Assembly: GCF_006345805.1 (NCBI RefSeq)
Contig: NC_043002.1
Coordinates: 38,378,001 to 38,442,000, forward strand
Direction: 5' to 3'
Source of the DNA: Octopus sinensis
Taxonomy: Eukaryota
DNA: 64,000 bases
Shown here: piece by piece, positions 13,741-27,145 of the stretch
Position numbering within the stretch: the stretch's first letter is position 1
Layout of the letters: the number at the start of each line of letters is the position of its first letter
Position numbers and translations under genes: made by a program
The notes under the pieces: model-generated
What the model was told of the DNA's origin: nothing
The model's input: the letters and a program-made list of their open reading frames with translations, nothing else
Databases searched by the model: none

Positions 13741-13976
13741 TATTTCTTTATTACTCACAAGGGGCTAAACATAGAGGGGACAAACAAGGACAGACAAAGG
13801 TATTAAGTCCATTACATCGACCCCAGTGCCTAACGGGTACTTTATTTATCGACCCGAAAGGATGAAAGGCAAAGTCGACCTCGGCAGAATTTGAACTCAG
13901 AATGTAACGGCAGACGAAATACCGCTAAGCACCTCGCCCGACGTCCTAACGATTCTACCAGCTCGCCGCCTTGAGT
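13741..13976 (-). mobile_element. SINE family C, full length, with 11-bp TSD
   Basis: Head aaggcggcgagctggtagaatcgttag, B-box-like gagttcaaattc. TSD cagaacatacc at 13730-13740 and 13977-13987. Confidence 0.9.
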
Positions 13977-14169
13977 CAGAACATACCAAAGCTATAAAAA
14001 TGAGGAATCATTAACTACCTTGCCGTAGTTACAAGCCACCATTCATTAACCATTTGCATTAATACACGAATATTACACTCGATGACTACATCCTACTAGA
14101 AAACGTTGTACAACTACATATATGCTCAGCAACTTCAAATAACTAAAGAGAATATACATGTTTTAGGAT

Positions 14170-15150
14170 CGTGTTGGAAGCTGGGGTATCTCCTCAACGA
14201 CCATAGTTTTCATGATATATATTAGGTGACCATCAATGCAACGACAAATTTCGAGGCACGAGCTTCAGTGACAACGAGGGATACACGTCTCAATATCAGC
14301 CGGTATCGGGAGTTGCAATTGCCGCATTATTTTGCAAAAATTCGTACCGGATTAATATTTTGACCTAGAAATTATTGGACACGCCTAGCAGCGAAGGGCC
14401 TGTCATTAGACTAGTAACCGTCTACACTATAATACGGGTGGGGTGGCCAGGACTCTTCATGCTGTCTAGAAATCTTCCTAAATATGTCCCGCTTTTTATT
14501 ACTAGTGGGTGACTGGAACACTATTTTGGGTAAGCATTTGGACTGTATTAAATTTACTGATAGGAGAAAGGATACAAACCTGATCACATGTTTCCAACTG
14601 TCCGACACGTACCGACAAGATTTCCTGAATGTGTTGATGGAGTATTGACAAACGCCATCGATTTGTATAGTTCGTGTCTCGAGTAAGCCAGCATATAGAG
14701 GTAGCTTAGGTTGCTCGCAATTCAAGGTAGCTGTTTATACAAACCACAAACTAATGATGTGTACATAGGCTTCACAATCAGAGACACGGTTACTAGAAGC
14801 CGAACGTTTCAAGCTTACAAAAGAAAACTGAATACTGAATCAGTTAAGCCGGATTTGACTGGGGACATTTTTAACAACAAATGGTGGTTCACCTTGTAAA
14901 AGTAAATTATAGAATCAGTGATGTTTAGTAAAGCAATAACCCTAGAGAAAAACTTGACTAGAGTGGGACATACTGAGAAACCAGCCAGAGCTGCTCAGAA
15001 ATGACACCGTGGCCGACGCGCTTGTGGAAAACTGACACGCGACCATTTATTTCTTCAACACGAATCCTGATTGCTGCATCGTTAGAGCAAAAGTGGATGC
15101 TCCATGGTACGAACTAATGAAAGCTGTTCAACCGGAGACGTAACGTTGCA
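14170..15150 (+). pseudogene. Decayed endonuclease region of an older Tx1-family relative
   Basis: Plus-strand translation IRLVTVY..., LEIFLNMSRFLLLVGDWNTILGKHLD, CFQLSDTYR, LTGDIFNNKWWFTL and FNTNPDCCIVRAK aligns with the EN of the 1393-4953 element. Many stops and frameshifts. Confidence 0.8.
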
Positions 15151-15439
15151 AGAATTGTTTCGTCTATGCTGCGTAAGTTTTAGCATATTTGGGGTTTCGA
15201 TTGTATAAGAATTATAAGTGCTTTGCATAGAATTTGGAATGTTCCTATCAAGACTATTTTTCAGTTATTCTTTAGTGGGTGAAGTGTTTGTACCTTAATA
15301 TGTTTACCCATTATATAATTCTTCATGTTCTATATTGTCAACTTCAGTAAGCCAATTACTTAATGTACCCTATTTCACTTTCATTACCATTCATTTTGAT
15401 TATTCCAATGTCAACATCATTACATTTTGATAAACTTTC

Positions 15440-15590
15440 AAACTCCCCCTGTGCGAAGTTTTATTCAGAAGCGCTCTTCAGTTAAAATACACTCACTGGC
15501 ATTCTTCGATTATATCTGAGAGTTTGCTTTGATCTTGTCAGTCTTGATTATCATATCCAGGTCATTTTCATATCCATAGATAGTCTCGTA
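15440..15590 (-). mobile_element. Short decayed fragment of an R4/Dong-type RLE domain
   Basis: Minus-strand LDMIIKTDKIKANSQI...ECIL resembles the WDFPVHTDRTIKANKPDI...VCLL segment of the copy at 63107-64000. Confidence 0.35.
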
Positions 15591-15861
15591 ATTACGCTGA
15601 AATAGTTGTAGTAATAGAAGTAGTAGTAGCAACAGCAGCAATATTTGCCGCAGTCACCGTGTTCGAAAAGTAATTACTAGCATTGGTAATTAGTTTAGAT
15701 TAAATCGCCTATATTCCACCACCTCTAGAAATGTATGGCCATATGCCAACGTAATATTAAGATTTTCTGTCTTTTTAATTCTTGTTTCTCTTGCGGCGCC
15801 AATCTCAGCTACAGGTGCTTCGCATAATTGCAGTAGTTCTTCTTCTTTTGTGTGTACTGCC

Positions 15862-16005
15862 AAAAGTTGGCGAACTGGGAGAAACGCAAGGGCATCAGAA
15901 AAATATCTTGCCATATTATTCCGACTTATTCCATTCTGAGATCAAATCCAGCCAAGGTCGACTTTTGTCTTGCAAAGTTCTGGATCGGTAGATAAAGTAC
16001 CAATA
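15862..16005 (+). mobile_element. Old SINE family C-like fragment
   Basis: ttggcgaactgggagaaacg...ttctgagatcaaatccagccaaggtcgacttt...ataaagtaccaa. Confidence 0.65.
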
Positions 16006-16704
16006 TAGGAGGATACACAAGCAATATTGTAAGGCATTGCAAGGTTGCCTTTGAATGTGCTCTGGCTTTTTGCGTCCCGAGTTGAACTCCCGTCGTAGAC
16101 ATACATAATTATTAGGCTTGACTTATCATTCGATTTAACACCATCACGAGGCTTTGGTGCGCCTTCAGCAGAGTCTACTTTCCTATAAGTGTCCGAAACA
16201 AATCTCGATTTAGAATACCTTTCTCCTTTCCTAAACAGTCTCGGAAGCTATGAAAATAATCATCGCACTGATTAAGCAATAACAATTTATTTTATTCATT
16301 CGTTTTCCGGAAAAAAAACACCTATATACAATCTCTTGACTTCTTACGAAAATTAAATTTTTTTGATATAAACAAACAGCTGCTTCTGAATAAGTTCTGG
16401 TTCCCTCCAACAATTTTCAAGATTGTTTCAGAATTTATATCAGCACAAATAAAGCATTTTTAGCTTTCTTTTACATTAACCTCATTCCTGTCCAGTTTTG
16501 GCCCATATTGACCCATCTAAGACTTTATTACGCTAGCTTACCTTAATGTTTGTTTCATATTACATTTTTTTATTGCTTATCCAGCTGGCGTAATGTTCTT
16601 CTTTTCACCTGCTGCTGTATTTCTAAACACGATGTTGCAGTTAATTGCTTCGTTATCTTTAGAAAATATTTTGCTTTTGTTTTTTTTCTTTCTGTTCACT
16701 TCAT

Positions 16705-16960
<256 letters not shown>

Positions 16961-17423
16961 TTATCATTTCGAGTTTCCTAAGAGATATGCATTATCTGCC
17001 CTTATTTTCTACATGGTAACGTTTTATAGTCGTGCCGTAATTATTTTATAGCAATTCTCTATTCGCATGAGAAGTCTCCATTCTTGGGTGTATCGTTAAT
17101 ACATCCTGTCTATATCAGATTTAAGCGGGTGTATTTCTAAACTCTGTCATATATTCCCAGGTTTTGTTAGTTCACTTGGTGCTCAAATAATTGCGTTTCT
17201 ACCGTAGCTTAATTACAGGGAAAACTAGTGTGTTTATAGTACTTTTTATAGGTGGGGGACTTTTATGTTTCAAATACTTATCTCTTTCATTTACAAAATC
17301 TTTTCTTATTTGTTTTTCAATTTTTGTTTTCCTGATACTCCACAATCAGAAATATAGAAATACCAAGATTTTGTTCACCATAGCGTGTTTGTCTCGTGTC
17401 TGCTTAATCGATATCATCTAAGA

Positions 17424-17640
17424 CCTTCTTCTTCTTCTTCTTCTTCTTCTTCTTCTTCTTCTTCTTCTTCTTCTTCTTCTTCTTCTTCTTCTTCTTCTTC
17501 TTCTTCTTCTTCTTCTTCTTCTTCTTCTTCTTTTCTTCTTCTTCTTCTTCTTCTTTTCTTCTTCTTCTTCTTCTTCTTCTCTTCTTCTTCTTCTTGATCA
17601 TCATCATCATCATCATCACCACTACCATTGTCATCATCAT
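17424..17640. repeat. (TTC)n followed by (TCA)n microsatellite
   Basis: Direct reading. Confidence 0.97.
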
Positions 17641-17702
17641 CTTCTAGGCATAAGCATACGTGTAGAAATACATACACACATATACACACAAGTGTGTGTC
17701 TG

Positions 17703-17735
<33 letters not shown>

Positions 17736-19904
17736 AAGCCATTGATCAATAAACATTGTGCACCAAGTTTAGGTGGTACTAACTTTTTTTTACCCTTTGA
17801 AGAATTTGGCAGAGAAACTGGTTAAATTAAAATCTATTTTTGTTAGATTAATTAATTTTGTCAAATAATTTTTTCAATGAGTAGAAAATTCGTGGTTTTC
17901 ATCATAAAACATTTTAAAATAATTTAATATGGAACTAGCGTCTGCTTTGCACTTGAGGAGGAACTCATTTAAGCTAAGAGTTCTGGAGTGGTCCTTTATT
18001 TTATCGCCCTGAGAAAAGTGAAATACAAAATAGACTTCGTGGGGATAAGTACACTGAGCGTAAAGAACTGGTACATATAACGAAACCCCATTTATCTGAC
18101 AATCAATCGTTTCTGGAAATTCACCAATAGCATGAAACAGGGTTGTTTTACCATATGGAATAGAATTGTGTCAGTGACTAGGTTCTTCATGCACGATGAA
18201 AATTTCTAGCTTGTTAGAGGGTATAATACTGTTCACGTTATTAAACACAGGCGTTAATAGTGGTATGGCTCGGTTTTAATTGCTGTCATATTTGCAATTT
18301 AATTCTTCCAGGTTGAATACATCATTTCAGATTAAATAACTTACCAGTCAAGATCAACTGTAATTTATCGATAGTATACTATTCGTAAAAATGTGTTTGC
18401 TTGTAATTCGTTTCAAATCATATTCCATAATCCTCAGTATTCTGCTATGGTAGAACAATATATAGCATAAACATTCGTTCTGTATAGTGTAAGTGACTTA
18501 AATGCAAAATGTGGTGTAATGAAGCATAGTTTTTGTATTAGGTTAGCCGTCTACATAGTCGTATCTTCATTCACGCACTGTACCATCCTAAAAAGGCGAG
18601 ACACATGAATTACTGCTGTGTTAATGTTTAAATGTAATATATTTAGGCTAAAGACGATATGAGCCCTGCTAGAACGTCTGTGATAATAGGATTTTCATTA
18701 TAATATTACTGAAGAAAACAACCACCAAAACAACAATATGAATAACAAGAGGGGGAAAAAAACAAGTGAAACCAGCTAACAAGAGAGCATCTCTATAATG
18801 AAAAATCGTGCTAGAATTAGTAACTAAATTACTTCGAAATCACACCCTGCCGGTTTGATAAAGCCTCAAGATACTTTCAACAGTGTAGCGCCTCACTATA
18901 TGTTGCTCATATAGAAAACATCTCTTGGTAATTTTTCCTTACACACTGCATTGTTACAAACCTCTATAAAAAACGATATAGTCAAGGCTGCAGTACTTTT
19001 CGTCACAGGACTTCCTGATCACAGCAATTGAACTGTAAGCAGTACTGACAGGATATTTCAAACCCTTGAATTTGAAATAGAACATTTATGAATGCACATT
19101 TGTGAAGAAATTTATAAACTCATTGCTATTTATACACTCATTGCTATATAAAGTTCCTGTGTTTTAGAGGGAAAATTCACGCCTTTCTCATGAGCATTAA
19201 GATCGAAAGAGGAAATGAATTTGCTCCAACCAAATATCACATTCTTGTGGTTAACTAAGACTCAACGTGTGATTAGCGGCTGTGACTTCCTGCTTTTTCT
19301 ACTAATTACAATAATGAATCTGTATGCAAATACACATGCGCATTCATAAACACATGCACATACACATTACATATAGCCGTATATACATGAAAGTACATAT
19401 ATATGCATATACATACAAACAAACATGTGTGTGTATGTATGTGTAAGTGTTCCATGCATAAGAGCTAGTTTCTTTGTGGATGTCTAAGTATGTGTGTTTA
19501 TGTGTAAATATGTGCGTATCTTTACTATTCGGCGTGGGAAGACTGCGCGTACAGTGTATACATAAAATCATGTTTTCCTACCACATGCTAAACTTTTGGT
19601 CGATGCCCAAAGGAATCGATGATAAGCCCTGCTGTCATGTTATCTTGAGTTCTATTATCGCGAAACTGAAAACACTGCAACCAATTAATTAGATTACATT
19701 GATTATAGTATTTCTTAGTAGAAAGTCATGCTTAACTAAAATTACTAACTAAATGATAATACTTGCCAAGTCTCTTCCTGTTTTTATTCGCTAGGATGTT
19801 GCTGCTTGTGATGAAGCCCCTACCAACGAACTATTAAGTACGCAATACAGGGGTCTTTATATTTCTCTCAAATTCTTTCATCTTGTCCTCATTATTTCTT
19901 TCCG

Positions 19905-20318
19905 ATAAGGCGGTGAGTTGGCTGAAACGTTAACACGCCGGGCGAAACACCTCACGGTATTTCGTCTGCCGTTACGTCCCGAGTCCAAATTCCGCCGAGG
20001 TCGACTTTGCCTTTCATCTATTCGGGGTCGATAAATTAAGTACCAGTTACGCACTGGGGTCGATGTAATTGACTCAATCCGTTTGTCTGTCCTTGTTTGT
20101 CCCCTCTGTGTTTAGCCCCTTGTGGGTAGTAAAGAAATAGAAATCGGTATTTCGTCTGCCGTTACATTCTGAGCACAAATTCCACCAAGGTCGACTTTGC
20201 TTTCCATCCTTTCGAGGTCGATTAAATAAGTACCAGTTACGCACTGGGATCGATGTAATTGACTTAATCCCTTTGTTTGTCCTCTCTATATTTAGCCCCC
20301 TGTGGGCAATAACTAAAT
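19905..20318 (+). mobile_element. SINE family C full copy (19905-20141) immediately followed by a 5'-truncated second copy (20146-20318)
   Basis: ggtatttcgtctgccgttac...gtcgactttgc...tttagcccc.tgtggg occurs twice in tandem. Confidence 0.9.
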
Positions 20319-20639
20319 AATTATTATCTATTTTTCCCATACAGTGACCATATATATAAAACTTTCGTACCACATACAGCTTATTATAATGCATTTTAGC
20401 TAAGGCTGGGTACCATGAGAAATTTCAATATATACAAGAAGCAGACATACATAACACTGGCATTTCCTCCAATAGTAATACATATTGTGCACCACAACGT
20501 CACGGTATGAGAACTCACTCAGGTAGAGAATACAGGCCAGGGAGAATTCGTCAAGTCAATGAACTACCAACGAAAACTTATAGGTACACGCAACATAATA
20601 ATAATCCAACTTCTCATAACACTGTAAATTGTCCCAATC

Positions 20640-21215
20640 CTGTACAACACATTCGATCAAATAAACCAAGCAATAGATATAGGTGTCAGGATGTCCTCTG
20701 GTTCAACCCAATTTTTGGTTCACATATTTCAACCAAGATCGCTGCAAAAATGTTTGCCGCTTGGGACAAATGTTTTCCTAAATCTAATCGATATCATGCT
20801 ATTTTTAATCGGCACACCGTGAAGATACCCTACTCTAACTCTGATAATCTAGAGCAGCTCATTCACCGCATAAAAAATAGTAAAATACGACAAGAGAGGG
20901 CCGTGTGTTTACATTGGGCAGACGGCTGATTCATTTAAGAATCGGTATCGCGACCATGTCACCAGCTTGAAAAGAATCAATAAGAGACATTCAACATCTT
21001 TGGCCGATTTTGTATGGTGACTGAAGGAAGGTAAAATTAAGTTCAAAATAACTTGGTCCACTGTAAGGCACGCAAAACCATACAATATCATTTCCAGGTG
21101 ATGCCGACTCTGTTCCGAGGATTCCTTGTCTATTCTGTGAATCAATGAGATCATTAACATAATTTCTGAAAGACTCTAAAGATACCTACACGCATATAAA
21201 TGTACTTTCGCACAA
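20640..21215 (+). mobile_element. Penelope-like element 3' relic with GIY-YIG endonuclease
   Basis: VLWFNPIFGSHISTKIAAKMFAAWDKCFPKSNRYHAIFNRHTVKIPYS, then YIGQTADSFKNRYRDHVTSL...STSLADFVW*LK...ITWSTVRHAKPYN...CRLC, matching the PLE C-terminal WFNPP/YIG/CxLC pattern. Confidence 0.85.
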
Positions 21216-21794
21216 TGCAGTGGAAATGAATTTGAGTGACTGTTACCATAATTCACTTTAACGTATGGATGAATTAAGTTTAGCTTTAACCTCCTCATTC
21301 TTGTAAACAACAAGTAGCTATTCAACTCGCTTTGTGATCGTGAGTGCACCAAACCACGTGTGCGTATGCTTAGGTTTTCGCTGAGGCTTGTATGAGTGAG
21401 TGTGCACGCACCATGCAAATTGCTCGAATGCGTTTATACACCCATATCTGTTAATGGTTATACAGCCGCACCTCGTTATAAAACGGACTACCTTTACTCC
21501 TAAGTTTGTGTATACAGAGAACTCTCAGTTTTCCCACACAATTGAAGCGAGCTAGAGAAAGATAATCTGGTTTAATCCGCTTTTCAATATATATTTCCAT
21601 TGAAATGTATAGAAGATTCCTCGCGTTAATTAGGCAACTTTTCCCGAGAAGCCATAAATATAAAACACGCTAAGACTAATAATGTAAAGTTTACTCCTCC
21701 TTAGATAAAAGTGCTTATCAACAACGCACACTACCCTACAACAGAAATTGTGTGTATGTATAAACACACGTACATACACGCATATAAATTTATT

Positions 21795-21945
21795 TTTTCT
21801 TTATTTTTTTTGGCTTCTTAATCCTTTTTGTCGAAGAGCGTAGGTTCGAAACGTAAAATACTTTTTCATTCTTCCCGAGCGTTAAACTAATACACTTGCT
21901 TGTTGTTCCCACATCTGTCTCCGTCTTCTGTTCTCTGTAAATTTG

Positions 21946-21950
<5 letters not shown>
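21795..21950 (+). mobile_element. Short TA-anchored PLE-type terminal fragment with a degenerate minimal hammerhead motif (21828-21855)
   Basis: ttgtcga-a-gagc-gtag-gttc-gaaa-cgta. Same family as 41437-41650. Confidence 0.6.
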
Positions 21951-21994
<44 letters not shown>

Positions 21995-22555
21995 CATGAT
22001 GATGTGATGATGATGATGGCCGTCCACTCGTGACCGAGGAAGACCATTGCCGACTTTCAGGAACATTGTGCGCTCTAGGACTAACTTATATTTTGCATTT
22101 GCAGCTCCGTTGGTGGCTAATGAGCCCTGCTCTTGACAAACGACTGCAAACATTGCAGACCAAGCTTTCCCCATTCACTATACGAACCGTGCGCTTTCGC
22201 GCAGCTCGCTTAAGTTCTTCATGCTGGATACGTGCTCTCTCAAAAGTGTCGATCCCCTCCTTAACCTGCTTCCTCCATCTGTGGCGATGACAGGCATTGT
22301 TCTCCCTGTCAGTGTCCTGCATATCAAAGGCCTTTAACGAGGACTTGACACAGTCCTTAAATCGAAGCCTTGGTTTCTGCCGGAGTCTCCTTCCATTCAC
22401 AAGTTCTCCATAGAGCATCTGCTTAGGAATCCTTCTATCCTCCATTCTAATAAGGTGTCCAGTCCAACGCAACCGGTGCTTGTGTACCATCGCCTCAATA
22501 CACAAGCTATCAGCTGTCCTCAGGATCTGTGTGAATGTGTCTGAGACATCTCTGA
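21995..22555 (-). mobile_element. RTE-clade LINE 3' end (5'-truncated) with (ATC)n tail
   Basis: [28 protein letters not shown]...PRLRFKDCVK, C-terminal CNVCSRLSRAGLISHQRSC, and tail ggccatcatcatcatc. Confidence 0.9.
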
Positions 22556-22559
22556 TATA

Positions 22560-22574
22560 TACATACATATATGC

Positions 22575-22605
<31 letters not shown>

Positions 22606-22686
22606 CATACATACATACATACATACATACATACATACATACATACATGCATACATTCATACTTATATAAATATGTATATGTATAC

Positions 22687-22744
<58 letters not shown>

Positions 22745-22779
22745 TATATATACATATATAAATACATACATACTTTTAC

Positions 22780-22812
<33 letters not shown>

Positions 22813-22815
22813 TAA
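22560..22815. repeat. (TACA)n plus (TA)n microsatellite at the RTE 5' junction
   Basis: Direct reading. Confidence 0.95.
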
Positions 22816-22934
22816 TATATCTATGTATAGGTCATGTATTTATGCACAAAGCAGTGAAAAGATATGAATCTCTTCCCAAGTCAAATAGATTTATAGGAGC
22901 ATTTGACCGGATTCCAGTCCATCGCTAAAATACT

Positions 22935-23050
22935 CTCTTTTACCAACTGAGTGGACTGAAGTAACGTGAAATAAAGTGTTTTGCCCAAGAAGACAGAGCA
23001 TCGTCCACTACAGGATTCGAAACCAATACCTTACGATCATGTTTCCAACA
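22935..23050 (-). mobile_element. Old SINE family A-related head fragment
   Basis: Minus strand: atgatcgtaagg..ggtttcgaatcc...cttcttgggcaaaacactttatttcacgtt.cttcagtccactcagttgg. Confidence 0.7.
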
Positions 23051-24537
23051 CCCGAAGCGCTACCAACTAAGTTCTAGACGTCAGTCTGTTAATATATTTT
23101 TAACACAAATATATGACTGCTTTAATGAAATAGAAATATTTTCATGTTCGTTACGTAAACAGTTTTGAAAATATAATATCAGTGTATGAGTGTCTGTGTA
23201 TGTATGTATGTATGCATATATCTTTCTGTCTATTTTATCTGTCTATACATCTATCTATTTGCACACACACACACATAAACACACACACACATAGATACAG
23301 GAACTGACACACGCGCACACACGAACACTCGTAGACACTCACGTACACACACACACACATATACTTGTTATATCGTGGCTAAGGAAGATGTATCATGATT
23401 AACAATGTGCAAAACCTTCTGTGACCAATGGCAATTTGATTCCCTATATACAGGGAAAACATTTGTCCGTCACCAAACAAAAGTTTGAAAGGAAGCGTTT
23501 CTTAATGATCAAATAGATAAGAATATAATTTTAGTCTTGCACTCTATAAGCGGGGTGACTGCAGTAAGAAATTCCAAGCGCATACATATAGCAGTCTATG
23601 AAAAATATAATGTATAGAATACCGTTATTCGTGCTGATACATCTTCAATATAATATGATATAATGGTTAAATATCTTAACACATGTAGCTTATCAATATA
23701 GAAGCAAGTACACAAGCGTATCGTCATACGATAGGTGATGAAACTGAATTCTAGGTTATGTACTAAACGTAAGTATATTTCATAAATGAGAGGGATTAGC
23801 TTTTTACCTAATCTCATGTGTAGACTCATTAATCCTTCAAAGAGTATATTAGGCAGAATTAATAATATTATTGTAGGTTCCATTCATTACCCTCACACAT
23901 ATCATAGGGGTGCCTTTATGGAATAATAACACATCAGTAATCAAGCTGTTTAATAGCTTCGGGGATAACCGTAATTGCAGCTTTACTCGGTTTATGGTAT
24001 AGCAGACCTTTATCCCACTATCACAAAACTCCTAATTCTAAAAGCTTCAGCGTTTGATAGTTCATTTACTGATATTAATGATAGTGATATTAATGTGGTA
24101 ATGGTAGTTCGAAAGGGATTGCCTTTCCATCACATGTTTGTTTCAGTTAAACGGAACAGCAATGGGTTTATCTGGTATGTGTATGAGTAAATATGACAGA
24201 ACAGAAATTGTAATATAGATAGACTGTGCATACAAATAGTTTCAAAATAATATCCTATTTATAATTATACCTGCATAGATTGTGAAAATATTTCTTTAGA
24301 AAATTCATTAGATTACTAAATAGATAATCTTAAGGTAGAGTTAAATCAAAACCAATACTAAAATATCATTAATTCTTTGGTCACCTCTTCAAACCAGCTT
24401 CTCTATAGAACACCCGCATATAATATATATAAATAATCTAAGCATCCACAATTTTGAAAAGTATATTCAATGACATTAATAAACGCTTTTGGACGAAAAT
24501 TTTCCACAATGGCTCTTATCATTATAATAATACTGCA

Positions 24538-24589
<52 letters not shown>

Positions 24590-24619
24590 AGGAAAAGACT
24601 TCCTTCGGTCACGAATGAT

Positions 24620-24918
24620 TATCGGAATCCACCTAGAAAGTTCTCTTGCGAAATACAAGCCTGGGCAAAGTTGTTTATGGAAGACCAGCAATCGCCTAGG
24701 CATATCAGCCTCCCCTCTCCATGCTACTGTTAGAAAGGTAAAGCCGATACAGCTTGGCATCAGTGACATCGCAACTCATTTCTACAGCTTCGTGAACTGC
24801 AGCAGCGTGAAATAAAGTGTATTTCTCAAGACAGAGAGCAAGAGACAGCCTAGTCCGGGAATCGAACTCACTACCTCCTGATCGTGAGCCCGACGCGCTA
24901 ACCACTGAGTCATGTGCT
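24620..24918 (-). mobile_element. SINE family A copy
   Basis: Reverse complement of the 10727 head and body (gactcagtggttagcgcgtcgggctcacgatc...gagttcgattccc). Confidence 0.85.
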
Positions 24919-25867
24919 TTTACAATAGTGCAATCGATGGTAAATTTTAAGATAAATTTCAGTAGATGCAGCATCCCAATAACAAGCATATATGTGAAAT
25001 ATCATTTCTAATTTGGTAAAATAACTACTATATCTATTATATAAGCACCACTCGACTTTGCATAGACCACAAACTCATTAATAAATACACAGATAATTTC
25101 AGGTATAGATGCGCTGGAAATCATGTCCGTTCAATCAGTAACAATTATCTCATTAGTTGTGCAACCGTATTATGAATATATCCGATTTCTCCATTGAAAG
25201 TGCATTGAAAAAATATCGGTGTGACTTAATAAGGTACCTTCAACTTTTCAAAAGAAATACAGATCTAATATAACGCGTTATAACTCATTACATCTATATA
25301 GATCCTATGAGTTGTAACTCATTACTGACTGGTACATTATCTTTCAGATATTCAGAAAACAAATACTGGAAAATTTATGATAATAACATGAAGATAGATT
25401 GCTTTGTCAACTAGTCAAATGGCTGCCAACTCTATCTAAGAGAGAACATACATTTACATGAGTGAAGAAGTCACGTGTGCTAAACTCAAACTGTCGATAA
25501 TTGAATACAAAGTTTGAAAGGTAAAATGAAATTAGTGTACATGTTCACGATACTAAAACATATATTTTATCAAAACTAAAAGTAGTTTACATTTTTCAAA
25601 ATGTCATCTTACAAATACTTTTATAAAATTTATAGAATATTATTTTGTATATTATTATAGTATATTAAAACAAGAATCTAGACACCTATCGCAAGATGTC
25701 ATTAACTAACACTAAATCGTCAGCGTAAGTAGGTGGTTGATCATATTGCACTCAAGTTATATTTGAGAAACATGGTTATCTCTCTCTTTTTCTCTCTCTA
25801 TCTCTTTCTCTCTCCCTCTTTCTTACTCTCATTCTCACCCTCTCCTTTTGTATACATACATACATAT

Positions 25868-25915
<48 letters not shown>

Positions 25916-26157
25916 GCTATACTATGGGGGTACTTACCTGGAGTTTAGTTGGCTTAGGTGATATTATCTTGCCAAAACAACTGATTTCACGTATCTATCT
26001 ATCTATTTGTCCGTCTGTCTGTTTGTATGTGTGTATGCATGCATGCAAGCATGCATCTATGTATGTATGCATGCATGCAAGCATGCATCTATGTATGTAT
26101 GTATTATGTATGTATAAATGGAGGTTGGTAGAATTTCTAATTGTGCTAGTGTTCTCA

Positions 26158-26390
26158 GTGGAGACGTGTGGCTTAGTAGTTAAGGTGTTGGATTCATGAT
26201 CGTAAGATTGTGGTTTCGATTTCTAGAGCGTTATGTTCTCGAGCAAAACACTTCATTTCACATTGCTCCAGTCCCCTCGGTTGGCAAAAATGAGTAATCC
26301 AGCGGCGGACCGGCGTCTCGTTGAGGTGGGGAATATATACACCATGAAACCAAGAAACCGGCCCTTATTAATCGACACGACTCGAGAAGT
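26158..26390 (+). mobile_element. SINE family A-related copy
   Basis: gtggcttagtagttaaggtgttggattcatgatcgtaag...ggtttcgatt...ttctcgagcaaaacacttcatttcacattgctccagtcc. Confidence 0.75.
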
Positions 26391-27145
26391 TAACCTTTCT
26401 TTTGTTTTTTATTTAGTATTGTGTTTCATTAATGATTTTTGAATGCATAGAGATATTCCGATAAACGTTATATTTCTAATCTCTTTCGATAAGCCCTGTA
26501 CAATACCAACTAAAACCACATGATATCTTTATTTTTTTCCTTTTTACCGCTACAGTAAGTTTTTTCATTCCTTCCGCCATCAATATCATACATCGCGTAA
26601 TCTTCTAAAGCATTTAAAATTCTTTTGTTAATAATTATCATTTTCAAACAAGTAAGTATTTTAAATTTTCTAATTTTATTTATTAACTATGGAGAATTTA
26701 ATTTCAATACTTATTTTGAACGTTAAATTTGTCGCTTATTATCAAATTTTAAGTTCAATTTCTAATTGTTAAATACTTTCTGTTTGTTCCTTTTATATCT
26801 ACCCTTGAATTATTTATTAGAATCGATACCCGTTATTATACAGACATACATACATAATTTCTCCATCAATATATCCTACAGGAATAGAGAGAAATAATTC
26901 GATATGAAGATCGATATCCACATATAAACAGAGAATGTTGTACACAGATCAGACAGACATACTGAAATACATACAGAAATGAATAGATATAAATTATAAT
27001 GAAATAAAGAAGGACAGGCGATTACCTTTGATATATATATAGATATAAATAGAGGAACAGATAACAGTGTGTGTTTATATGTATGTACATCTACATGTAT
27101 CTCTTTTGCCCCTCCCTCTCTTCCTTTCACTCTTCTTTATATATA

